Sequence record: SRR31156797_4552
DNA: 64,000 nucleotides
Direction: 5' to 3' (one strand)
Under the pieces are notes generated by a model. The model was not told where the DNA came from. It did not search any database and worked only from the letters and a program-made list of their open reading frames with translations. Positions 10,115 through 18,906 of this stretch are shown in pieces. The translations under genes and the position numbers were made by a program. The stretch's first letter is position 1; each line of letters starts with the position of its first letter.

Positions 10115-10401
10115 AAGCGGGAAAAACTCCGTAAAAATTCAAAACGTAGTCAGCCTTATATAGCAGATCCGGTGTTTAAGAATCAGAGGAAAGGCGGATT
10201 TGGCTGCGGAGCTAGGAGTTTAGTTACAGTTTCAGGAAAAGCAAGAGTTGAACAGCTATAATATTATTTTTGCTCTTGTGGTTTATTGTATAGGTTATAG
10301 ATTTATTCTCATGAGTCTGGGGCATGTACTTTGTGCGCTGCTTTGTTTATGTTATTAAAAAAATGAACCAAAAGAGATTGTAAATATAAGGAGGCTGAAT
10401 A

Positions 10402-10809
10402 ATGGCGAGCGATGAAAATTTCTGTCCTAGGGTGCGGTTGAATCTATGGCTGGAAACAGAAGAAGGTATGCTTTTCGGTCTTGGAAGGGCGCAGTTGCTG
10501 GAGCAGATTGAAAAACAGGGTTCGCTAAATAAAGCAGCTAAGGCACTCGGAATGTCCTATCGTGCGGCATGGGGAAGACTCAAGAATACCGAAGAAGTAC
10601 TCGGTGATTCTCTTGTGCTCAAGACTCGTGGTCGCAAGGGCTGCAGTCTTACACCGCTGGGAGAACGGGTGCTCGAAGACTACCGCCAATGGGTACAGGA
10701 AGTTGAGAATTTCGCGGTCATGACCGCCCGTAAATCATTTCCTTGGAATATCGCTTCTTATGAAGAAGACATGGAACGTATTGCGCAGGAGAAGAAGGGT
10801 AAGAAGTAA
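10402..10809 (+). CDS. ModE-like winged-helix transcriptional regulator (N-terminal domain only)
   Basis: FGLGRAQLLEQI, GSLNKAAKALGMSYRAAW, LTPLG; GGAGG SD. Confidence 0.85.
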   Translation: MASDENFCPRVRLNLWLETEEGMLFGLGRAQLLEQIEKQGSLNKAAKALGMSYRAAWGRLKNTEEVLGDSLVLKTRGRKGCSLTPLGERVLEDYRQWVQEVENFAVMTARKSFPWNIASYEEDMERIAQEKKGKK

Positions 10810-10839
10810 GTTACTCCTTACTACCTTCAGGAGAATAAA

Positions 10840-10992
10840 ATGTTTTTTGATTTGAGTTTACTGAAAACAAAACTACCTGTCTTGGCCCTTAGTTTGCTGC
10901 TTTGCCTTTCATGTGCGGCATGTAAAACCGTGGATACATCCGGCCAAGTTTCAGGAACTGTTTCAGCGGTTGATGGTGGAAGCAGTAAGTAG
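10840..10992 (+). CDS. Small putative lipoprotein (50 aa), below the ORF-track cutoff
   Basis: AGGAG SD; MFFDLSLLKTKLPVLALSLLLCLSCAA-CKTVDTSGQVSGTVSAVDGGSSK with lipobox-like SCAAC; terminator follows. Confidence 0.65.
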   Translation: MFFDLSLLKTKLPVLALSLLLCLSCAACKTVDTSGQVSGTVSAVDGGSSK

Positions 10993-11019
10993 AAAGACAG
11001 ATTTTGACTGATCTAATTT

Positions 11020-11058
11020 AAACACCCCCTGTTCTTAATGGAGCAGGGGGTGTTTTTT
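11020..11058. terminator. Bidirectional terminator between convergent genes
   Basis: AAACACCCCCTGTTC...GAGCAGGGGGTGTTTTTT. Confidence 0.8.
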
Positions 11059-11932
11059 AATCCAGAATATAATCAAGATATTTATTATTTGAGGGACGGT
11101 CGGTGTTCTCGTTATTGCCGTTACTGTTCGAGTTGTCTGGGGTGCTGTCAGGCTTAGTGTCTTGTTTGTTCTGGTATGTGTTTCCTGAGTTGGAATAATC
11201 CGTGTCCTGACTGTTTGAATATGAGTTGCCCGAATTGTTGATTGAGTTCGTTGTAGTGGAGCTGTGGCTTGTCTGTCGTGTGCAGCCCGGTCTGTTCACG
11301 TTGATTGTCGGGTTGATGTTTACGTTGGCATTAGGATTCGTACTTTGACTGATGACCGGGTCTTGGTTTGGCCAGCCTTGCTGGTTATTGTTGTTGGTGT
11401 TTGAATAACCAGAATTTGTCGGTCCTGATACTCCGGGATAATGCCATGCATTCATGGCATTTCTCATTTGAACTCTAACCCGGTCATGTCCTTTCATTGC
11501 GTAGCCTATGAAAATATAGTTTGTTCCCCTATAGCGTGAAACTACAAGGTAAGAGTCATACCATTTCCCATCATGGTCATAGCCGGAAAAAAATCTGAGT
11601 ATTGCCGGATAGCCGGAAACGTGTCCCGGCTGTTCATTTAAAAAACGCTGGTACGGTAAGCCCTTGCGTCTTAATCTTTGAGTCCACTTTTCAAGTTCTG
11701 CAACAAGTGAATCTGAGGTCCTTTTTGCGTATAACTGAATTACAGCGTCATTTGTTGGCGGATAGCATTGTTTGACAAGGTGGTTGACGTCATACAGCGG
11801 AGGCATTCTTTTGGTCATTTGCCAGCCGGAAGGGCATTGAAGACCGTCGGCCATGTTTTGGGCGATGGAAATTGGAGGGAATAGGAGGGCTGTCAAAAAT
11901 GCCAGAAAAAAGAATCTTATTGCCTGTTTCAT
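11057..11932 (-). CDS. Secreted hypothetical protein with Asn/Ser/Thr-rich low-complexity C-terminus
   Basis: Signal peptide MKQAIRFFFLAFLTALLFPPISIA; GGAGG SD; ~150-aa globular region then an N/S/T/D-rich tail. Confidence 0.75.
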   Translation of the reverse strand: MKQAIRFFFLAFLTALLFPPISIAQNMADGLQCPSGWQMTKRMPPLYDVNHLVKQCYPPTNDAVIQLYAKRTSDSLVAELEKWTQRLRRKGLPYQRFLNEQPGHVSGYPAILRFFSGYDHDGKWYDSYLVVSRYRGTNYIFIGYAMKGHDRVRVQMRNAMNAWHYPGVSGPTNSGYSNTNNNNQQGWPNQDPVISQSTNPNANVNINPTINVNRPGCTRQTSHSSTTTNSINNSGNSYSNSQDTDYSNSGNTYQNKQDTKPDSTPDNSNSNGNNENTDRPSNNKYLDYILD

Positions 11933-12070
11933 TTGTTGCCTCCTGCTTAAAAGGTTCACTCCTCATCAATTATATACCACTATCAGGACCAATGACAGCA
12001 TATTTTGTTTTGTGGTCTATTAGACTGGTAACCAGAGGCAAAATCTTGTCATCATATTAAATATTACAAG

Positions 12071-12105
12071 AAAGCCCCCTGTTTCTGTAAGAAACAGGGG
12101 GCTTT
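12071..12105 (-). terminator. Terminator after acc operon
   Basis: AAAGCCCCCTGTTTC-tgtaa-GAAACAGGGGGCTTT. Confidence 0.8.
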
Positions 12106-12131
12106 GGTACAAGGAATAGAGTGTAGTGGCT

Positions 12132-14390
12132 CTATCTGTAATACAGATTGCGTCCGCCTACGGTCAGGAATGCCTGATGCAGGTTGCGGCGGATGTCGCG
12201 GCGATCCCAGATGTCCTGAATGTGACCTCTGGAGAGCGCGTTGTACGCGGAATGGTAATCCGGCGGGATATCCATACCGGTGGTTTCCTTGATAACTCCC
12301 GGACCTGCGAAGCCGATGCGTGAAGAACGCACAGCGTACTGGTAAGGGGAGCAGCCGAGGAAACTTGCTACCGGACCGGCGTAGGAGTTGGTATCGTACA
12401 GGACGATGTAGAGTCCGCCGGACTCGATGTAGCGGCGTACTGCCATGGTTACACGCGGCATCTGGATCAGACCGTTAGTACCTTCCTGAATACGGATTCC
12501 GGCAGTGCCGTGTACGTATGCGAGGAAGGGGTAACGTTTCTTACCGGCCAGTTCGAGGGCACGGATGAATTTTTCACCTTCTGCTGCACCAACGGAACCG
12601 CCACGGAAGGGGGCTACGAGAGTGGCGCAGGTCACCTTGGTGTGCTTGATAGCACCTTCATAGGTGATGCAACCGGACTGAAGGCCGGTTTTGGCCTTGG
12701 CACCATCCAGTCTTTCCTGAAAGTTAGGAAAGCCGGTGGGGTTGGCGGAGCAGATGGATTTGTTGAATTCACGCACTGTGCCCCAGTCGAAGAGGTTGGC
12801 CATGTACCAGCGGTATTCCATGGGAAAATGGTGTCCGCAAGTGGGGCATACCCCGGCAAATTCATCGAAAAGGTCACGGGACCAGATTTCGAGGCAGCCG
12901 TTCTTCTCAGCGTTGGGACAGGTGATTTCCTTGTCTTCGCTGGCGCGCGGGCTGATGTAGTGACGGTAATCAGACGGCGGAATATCCGGTTCCGCATCAA
13001 CGGAAAGCTTGGTCAGAGCCGCTTCAACTTCAGACACGCTTTTGGTGCTTGCGCCCATCTTGCCGAGGAGCATGTGCTTAAGCTTGTCGAATTTGTTGGT
13101 CACAACATGCATTTCGTCCTTGGCTTCATCTGCAAGAGCCTGAATCTTGGACTGGTACTTCCTGATCATGTCGTAGCGAACTGTGGAGTACGCTGCGGCC
13201 ATGGCATCAACTTTTGCGGAGTTGAGCTTTTCAAGGAAGGAACGCTTGTCGTCAAAAGCATCCTGTGCCATGCGGCGGTATTTTTTGTAACGCTTCCAGA
13301 GCAGCCTGTCTTTGGCATTGGGGCTGATCTGCCAGCGGACGAATACGGATTCGTCGGTAAGATCTTTTTTATTACGGTTCTTGATGGCTGCCTTACTGAA
13401 CAGGCGAAGGCCCTTTACGCTCAGAACCACTTCATCTGTGGCCCGGATTACTTCAGAGCGCACCATCTTGTAGAAATCAAAGTGTTCAGGACGTGCACCC
13501 AGTGCGGGTTCACGGATGATTCCGTCGATGTAACCGAAACGCAGGTTGTCATCCGCAGTGATGCACTGAGACTTGGCACAGGTTTCGATCAGCTCGACAG
13601 GAGCACGCTCGCCTCCGCGGATACGGCCTTCAATTGCGGCTGCACCTTCGGGGGAGATAACGGAATAATAACCGTGGGAAAGCATGAGGCGCTTATCTGC
13701 CATGGCGATTGCTTCCGCACCACCGGAGCCACCCTCGGAAATAACGGAAATGACAGGCACATCAAGGCCGCACATTTCATAGATGTTTTCCGCGATCTGC
13801 TGTGCCGCACCGGGGTAATCTTCCACCGGATAGGAACCGGGGGTGAATACGTAGGTGTGGATGGGGATGTTCTCACGGGCTGCAACTTTCATGTAGCGCA
13901 GGGCGTTGGCATTACCCCAGGGCTTGATGCAACCCCCGTTACGGAATTCCTGACCGTGCCCTTTTTCCTGACCTACGACCATGACCGGCTGGTTGTGGAC
14001 CTTCTTGCCCACGCGGCGGGTGATGTAGGCTCTGGCGATAACCATGCCGGGGTCGATGCTCATGTCATCCTTACCACCTACGACAGTGTAGTTGTCATAG
14101 ACGTTCTCAAGGATGTCTTCAAGGCAGATTCTTTCGGAATGACGTACGATACGAACCTTGTCCATGGCGGATAGGGTTTTGTCGAGGTCTTTTTCCAGTA
14201 CTGCGAGGCTCTCGTCGTAAGTGTTGAGCTTATCCCACAGTTCTTCCTGAGTTTTGTTTATGCTGGTTTCAAGGAAGGCATCAAGCTTGCCTGCGAAGGC
14301 AGTAAGGCGTCTGTCCTCGGCATCGCCGAGAATATCACGCGCATACTGGACCCGCTTGACCAACCCGTCCAGTTTTTTTTCTATATCCAT
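12132..14390 (-). CDS. accA/accD: Acetyl-CoA carboxylase carboxyltransferase, fused alpha (AccA) and beta (AccD) subunits
   Basis: Alpha motifs GQEKG, EGGSGGA, YSVISPEG; beta-type Cys4 finger CPNAEKNGC...CPTCGHH, FRGGSVG, GIRIQEG, IGFAGP. Confidence 0.9.
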   Translation of the reverse strand: MDIEKKLDGLVKRVQYARDILGDAEDRRLTAFAGKLDAFLETSINKTQEELWDKLNTYDESLAVLEKDLDKTLSAMDKVRIVRHSERICLEDILENVYDNYTVVGGKDDMSIDPGMVIARAYITRRVGKKVHNQPVMVVGQEKGHGQEFRNGGCIKPWGNANALRYMKVAARENIPIHTYVFTPGSYPVEDYPGAAQQIAENIYEMCGLDVPVISVISEGGSGGAEAIAMADKRLMLSHGYYSVISPEGAAAIEGRIRGGERAPVELIETCAKSQCITADDNLRFGYIDGIIREPALGARPEHFDFYKMVRSEVIRATDEVVLSVKGLRLFSKAAIKNRNKKDLTDESVFVRWQISPNAKDRLLWKRYKKYRRMAQDAFDDKRSFLEKLNSAKVDAMAAAYSTVRYDMIRKYQSKIQALADEAKDEMHVVTNKFDKLKHMLLGKMGASTKSVSEVEAALTKLSVDAEPDIPPSDYRHYISPRASEDKEITCPNAEKNGCLEIWSRDLFDEFAGVCPTCGHHFPMEYRWYMANLFDWGTVREFNKSICSANPTGFPNFQERLDGAKAKTGLQSGCITYEGAIKHTKVTCATLVAPFRGGSVGAAEGEKFIRALELAGKKRYPFLAYVHGTAGIRIQEGTNGLIQMPRVTMAVRRYIESGGLYIVLYDTNSYAGPVASFLGCSPYQYAVRSSRIGFAGPGVIKETTGMDIPPDYHSAYNALSRGHIQDIWDRRDIRRNLHQAFLTVGGRNLYYR

Positions 14391-14399
14391 AATGTATTA

Positions 14400-15818
14400 T
14401 TAGAATTCCAGTATGTTTGTTGATTTTTTGGCCAGAAACTTAAGGTTGGACTTCAGGGGAACTTCCTTTCTATCCTTGCCTTCCAGAACGAATTCATCAA
14501 GGAATTCGAGTCCGCGTTTCTTGGATTCTTCAAGGTCCTTGCCCCAGATAATGGCCAAAGCCAAGTTGGGGTCAAATTCTGTGGGAATCTGGTAGGGCAG
14601 GTCTTTGGGGATGTGGGTGTGCATTTTGAGCCATCCATGCTCATCCCAATGGAGATTTTCAATTTTGCCTGCCCACGGTGCGAATTTGTCGTCAGTGTCT
14701 TCTGCAATGATTCTGTATTCGATCCCCACACCTTCAAAGGTGATATCATCCTGAGTGTAGCCCATGTCATCGCCGAGGGCGAGTCTGATCTGTTCTTTGA
14801 TCAGGTTTACGTCCGGGTTACCCTTGATGCGTGAAATGGCAGCGGAAACACCGTTTTCAACCTGAATACGGGTGTTGACTTCCATGAGGAAGGGCGCGCC
14901 TTTAGGTGTTACGATCCATTCCCATGTTCCCACGTTGTCGTAGTTGATTTCGCGGGCCATGCTCAGGGAGTGCTCGACGACGTCATCGAGAACTTTTTTA
15001 GCATCAAAGGAATAGGCGATGCTTTCAGGGCAGAATCCGGGAGCAACTTCAATTCTTTTTTGGCGGCCGGGGCTCTGCACGGAGCAGTTTCTGGTGCCGA
15101 AGTGGACGTGTTGTTTGCCGGAGCGTTCGGAAACAATCTGAACTTCAAGGTGGTTGAAGTTGAAGATGCGTTGTTCGATGAGTACGCCTTCATCGTTGAA
15201 GGTACGCAGGGAGTAGTTTCTGATCTGGCGGTAAACTTGACGGAATTCCTCGATGGAGTAAACCTCGTCGATACCCATACCACCACCGCCGGCAGAAGCT
15301 TTTACGAGAACAACGGGATTGCGTACGCCCTGTTCTTTCTGAAATTCGAACAGGTTGGATGCGATTTCTTCCGCTTCAAGTTCATCGTAAATGGCCCTGT
15401 CGGAACCGGGGATGGTAGGAACGCCGAGCTTTCTTGCCAGACGCTTGGTGTTGATCTTGTCGCCGAGATCGCGGATTACCCACCAGGAAGGCCCGATGAA
15501 AGTCATAGGACGATCTCTTTCGGTTACCCTGCGGGCGAAACGAAAGTTTTCAGAGAAGAATCCGTAACCCGGATGCACGGCAGTACACATGGTCTCATCC
15601 GCAACGGAGAGGATGTCCCCGGCATCGTTGTAGGATCTGATTTTGTAGACCGCAGCTTCACCGCCAAGCTCTCTGGCAATGGTTACGTGTCCGGAATCCT
15701 TGTCCTCAGCCGTGTATACACTGACAAAACTGAGTCCGAGATCTTTACATGCCTGCATAATGCGCACGGCGATCTCGCCTCTGTTAGCAATAAGTACTTT
15801 ATCTGTTTTGGGATTCAA
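14400..15818 (-). CDS. accC: Biotin carboxylase
   Basis: KVLIANRGEIAVRI, HPGYGFFSEN, KASAGGGGMG, MEVNTRIQVE; TTG start with AGGAG SD. Confidence 0.92.
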   Translation of the reverse strand: MNPKTDKVLIANRGEIAVRIMQACKDLGLSFVSVYTAEDKDSGHVTIARELGGEAAVYKIRSYNDAGDILSVADETMCTAVHPGYGFFSENFRFARRVTERDRPMTFIGPSWWVIRDLGDKINTKRLARKLGVPTIPGSDRAIYDELEAEEIASNLFEFQKEQGVRNPVVLVKASAGGGGMGIDEVYSIEEFRQVYRQIRNYSLRTFNDEGVLIEQRIFNFNHLEVQIVSERSGKQHVHFGTRNCSVQSPGRQKRIEVAPGFCPESIAYSFDAKKVLDDVVEHSLSMAREINYDNVGTWEWIVTPKGAPFLMEVNTRIQVENGVSAAISRIKGNPDVNLIKEQIRLALGDDMGYTQDDITFEGVGIEYRIIAEDTDDKFAPWAGKIENLHWDEHGWLKMHTHIPKDLPYQIPTEFDPNLALAIIWGKDLEESKKRGLEFLDEFVLEGKDRKEVPLKSNLKFLAKKSTNILEF

Positions 15819-16163
15819 AATGACTCTCCTGAGTCTTTCTGGTTAATTCAATATATTATGTTTGGTGAACCTGTTTTTTTCAAAAAAATACGCAACCGTT
15901 TTAAGCCAAATAAGGCTTCTGTCAAGTTAAATATAACTAACACTTACGTAGGTATAATCAGCCCCGCTCTGATTTTGAGGGTAAAATTATAACCAGTAAG
16001 AGGAGTTAGGTTGGTGGTTTCGTTGAAAGTTGACCTTAGAGGACTGCTTTAGTTTTTTTGAGTATGAACTCCGCCAGAAGTCATTTCAGCTTGCCCTGAT
16101 AAAACAAAGATACCTTATTCGTCAAATTCCTGATTCAGGCTTGCTGGTCTGTCTTTAAAAAAT

Positions 16164-16198
16164 AAAATCCCGCATTTTATGATGTAAAATGCGGGATT
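16164..16198 (-). terminator. Terminator after TPR lipoprotein gene
   Basis: AAAATCCCGCATTTTA-tgatg-TAAAATGCGGGATT. Confidence 0.75.
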
Positions 16199-16220
16199 AA
16201 AGGTGCTTGCTCAAAAAAAA

Positions 16221-16919
16221 TTAAATGAGGCCGAAGCTGATCATGTTGAGGAAGTCGGTGTCTTCCTCTTCTTGAGGTTTAGCCGCAACAGGTTCATCGT
16301 TGGTCTCGGTGGATTCGCCTATGAGTCCGAAACTGATTGTATTCAGGATGTCTGTTTCTTCCGGCTCAGTGGTAACAGGCCCTGCTTTGGCTTTAGTGGA
16401 TTCTTCCACGATTTTGTCTAAGGCAAGGTCTTTCTTTTCATCCGGGAGGTTCAACTCCGTGACGAAAGTTTCTGTCTCAGAAATTTTCTGCGGGGTGAAT
16501 TTGTCCTGCCAGACAGACATGCGGGTATACATGGTTATGTGCTCAAGTGCCTTGTCGGAATTTCCGAGTTCCTTGTAGGCACGAGCAAGTTTTCTGTGAG
16601 CAAGCCTAATGTGGCCCTGCTCCAGTTCGAGGTTAAGTCCTTTGCTGATGACTTCAACAGCTTTTTTGTATTTGCCTTCCCGGAGGTAGCAGTCGCCGAG
16701 CATGATGTAGCTAGGGCCGTATTCCGGGTTGGCGTCGATTGCCTTTTCAAAATAGACAGAGGCCGCCTTGTCTTTATTGAGCATGAAGGCGACGGTTCCT
16801 GTCTGGTGAAGCCCTGCGGCCTCATTTTTCGTGCCGCAACCGGTAAGCAGGGCTGCGATTATCAGGGGCAGTCCGATCAAGGTAGCCTTGGTCCTGATGC
16901 TGGTAAATGTTTTATTCAT
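16221..16919 (-). CDS. TPR-repeat lipoprotein
   Basis: Lipobox LLTGC; TPR helices (AASVYFEKAIDANP, YIMLGDCYLREGKYKKA, HRKLARAYKELG); duplicated acidic C-terminal motif. Confidence 0.8.
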   Translation of the reverse strand: MNKTFTSIRTKATLIGLPLIIAALLTGCGTKNEAAGLHQTGTVAFMLNKDKAASVYFEKAIDANPEYGPSYIMLGDCYLREGKYKKAVEVISKGLNLELEQGHIRLAHRKLARAYKELGNSDKALEHITMYTRMSVWQDKFTPQKISETETFVTELNLPDEKKDLALDKIVEESTKAKAGPVTTEPEETDILNTISFGLIGESTETNDEPVAAKPQEEEDTDFLNMISFGLI

Positions 16920-17105
16920 AATTTTATAGACAGTAATCCTGTTTTTCCCCGATTAAGGGCTTTTGAGTTTTACTTTCACTTCGTTTCATGCCCTAAAGTT
17001 TTCGAATGAGCAAGCAGGATCAAGGTTACATTTTCGATTTTTTGCGGCTTTGGATTGTGCTGTTAACTGTTCCTGAGTTGTTGGTATTCTATGCTTTTGG
17101 AGGTG

Positions 17106-18377
17106 TTATCCGATCTTTGGCAGCTCATCCCAACAGGTGGTGTAGGCAGGTGATTTATAATTCATGTTCATCTTCCATGGCTGCTCAAGACCTTCGGAGG
17201 CATAGCTCAGGGTGCGTCTGCCGAAACGTGCGTTGGCTGAGTCGAGCAGGTTCATGAGTTCTTCTTTTTTAGTGGATTCGGTTTTATGCTCCAGTTCCAG
17301 TAGGTTACATTGGCGGTTGTATTTCCCACACAGGTCGAGCAGGACCACCCTGGTCTTTTTATATTTAAACCCTTCCTTATATATGGAACGAATGCATTGC
17401 AGGCCGGTGTTGATCAGTTCCGGGGTGTAGTCTGTGGCAATGGGCAGCATGCGTGTTGCTGAGTTGGAGTATTGCGGCTGGTTGTTGAAGCGGTTGGTGG
17501 TCAGGTAGACCATTACTCCGTTGGTGAGGGATTGCTGTTCACGCAGTTTTTCCCCGGCCCGGGCAACATAGGCAGCAACAGATTCTTCTAGGTCGGATAA
17601 GGTTGAAACCGGACGTCCGAAGGAACGGGATGAGGATATGGTTTTCTTGGGCTGTGGTGAATTGTCTAATTCAAAACAGGGCGTGCCGCGCAGTTCAAGG
17701 GCGGTATGCAATCCGGTAACGGACATATTCTTTTTAAGCCAGAGGTTGGGCAGATCTTTAAAAGTTCGGGCTGTGCTGACTCCTCGTGCTATTAATCTTT
17801 TGCCGTGTCTTCTGCCGATACCCCAGACATCGGTTACCGGAACTTTTTCCAGTAACCGGTCCATGTCATTTCTGGCGCAGAGACTAAAAGTTCCTTTGGT
17901 TTGCGGATATTTTTTGGCAAATCTGCTGGCAACCTTGGCCAGTGTTTTGGTGGAACCGAATCCTACAGAGACGGGAATTCCGGTCCACTTGAGAATTCTG
18001 GTTCTGATTTTCTTCCCGATAGAGGGGAGTTCGCGGAGCATGCAGGGCGGGAATTCAAGGAAAGATTCATCTATGGAATAAACCTCAAGGTTTGGGGTAA
18101 GGGAGGCTAGAGTGGAGGTCACTCGTTGCGAAAGATCACCGTAAAGGGCGTAATTGGATGAAAATATTTCCACATTATTCTGCAGGAAAAAAGATTTATA
18201 TTTATAGGCTGGGGCACCCATGGGAACGCCTATGTCTTTTGCTTCCTGTGATCGGGATATTACGCAACCGTCATTGTTGGAAAGAACTACCACCGGGCGG
18301 TGTCTGATTTCCGGGCGGAAGAGCCGTTCGCATGAAACGTAGAAGTTATTGCAATCCACCAGTGCGAAGATTCTCAT
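17106..18377 (-). CDS. umuC: Y-family DNA polymerase V catalytic subunit
   Basis: ALVDCNNFYVSCE, SNNDGC, SSNYALY, YSIDESF, SRSFG, SPAYTTCW. Confidence 0.93.
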   Translation of the reverse strand: MRIFALVDCNNFYVSCERLFRPEIRHRPVVVLSNNDGCVISRSQEAKDIGVPMGAPAYKYKSFFLQNNVEIFSSNYALYGDLSQRVTSTLASLTPNLEVYSIDESFLEFPPCMLRELPSIGKKIRTRILKWTGIPVSVGFGSTKTLAKVASRFAKKYPQTKGTFSLCARNDMDRLLEKVPVTDVWGIGRRHGKRLIARGVSTARTFKDLPNLWLKKNMSVTGLHTALELRGTPCFELDNSPQPKKTISSSRSFGRPVSTLSDLEESVAAYVARAGEKLREQQSLTNGVMVYLTTNRFNNQPQYSNSATRMLPIATDYTPELINTGLQCIRSIYKEGFKYKKTRVVLLDLCGKYNRQCNLLELEHKTESTKKEELMNLLDSANARFGRRTLSYASEGLEQPWKMNMNYKSPAYTTCWDELPKIG

Positions 18378-18811
18378 TATATAGCCTTGTGAATGATGTA
18401 GGTTACAACTCCCCAGACTTCAAAAGAAGTCTCTTCGGTAATTTCCAGCAGGGGGTACTCGAGGTTTTCCGGCGCAAGGAAAAGTCTGCCTTCCCGCACC
18501 TTCAGCCGTTTTACGGTAAGTTCTCCGTTGAATATGGCGATGATGATGGAATTGTTGTGTGCGTCCATGGAGCGGTCAACAACAAGTATGTCTCCCTCTT
18601 TGATGTTGGCATCATGCATGGAGTTGCCGTAAGCCCGGACGAGAAAGGTTGCTGCTTTATTGCTGATCAGGTGCTCATTGAGGTCCATCTTTTTATCGAT
18701 GTAGTCATCTGCAGGGGAGGGGAAGCCTGCTATGACTTCGGACAGGAGTAGAGGTATTTCAATCCTGTTTTCGGCTTTCGGGGCAAGTATTTCAGGAAAA
18801 GATTGTTTCAT
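18377..18811 (-). CDS. umuD: DNA polymerase V accessory subunit (S24 self-cleaving peptidase)
   Basis: AGFPSPADDY cleavage site, GNSM Ser, TVKRL Lys; TAATG coupling to umuC; ATG 18811 preferred because the track's TTG at 18847 is the -35 box. Confidence 0.9.
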   Translation of the reverse strand: MKQSFPEILAPKAENRIEIPLLLSEVIAGFPSPADDYIDKKMDLNEHLISNKAATFLVRAYGNSMHDANIKEGDILVVDRSMDAHNNSIIIAIFNGELTVKRLKVREGRLFLAPENLEYPLLEITEETSFEVWGVVTYIIHKAI

Positions 18812-18817
18812 GTTTAT

Positions 18818-18848
18818 TTTATATTGACTTTTTTGGTCTGTTGTCAAT
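18818..18848 (-). promoter_or_regulatory. sigma70 promoter of umuDC with overlapping inverted repeat
   Basis: TTGACA-N18-TATAAA ending 6 nt before ATG; ATTGAC-N14-GTCAAT at 18823-18848. Confidence 0.6.
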
Positions 18849-18869
18849 CTTAGATAAACAATATGGAAT

Positions 18870-18905
18870 AAAAAAAACCTGAACTTTTAAGTTCAGGTTC
18901 TTTTT
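18870..18905 (-). terminator. Terminator after DHH gene
   Basis: AACCTGAACTT-tt-AAGTTCAGGTT flanked by A/T runs. Confidence 0.75.
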
Positions 18906-18906
18906 A

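Noticed and set aside
12510-14174. 554-aa antisense ORF (also 1105-2304, 14970-15992, 41577-42626, 52840-53712)
   Set aside because: All lie opposite well-conserved genes and show no motifs; expected shadows of biased codon usage.
17106-18811. umuDC as marker of a prophage or ICE
   Set aside because: No integrase, att repeats, phage or conjugation genes; neighbours are housekeeping genes.
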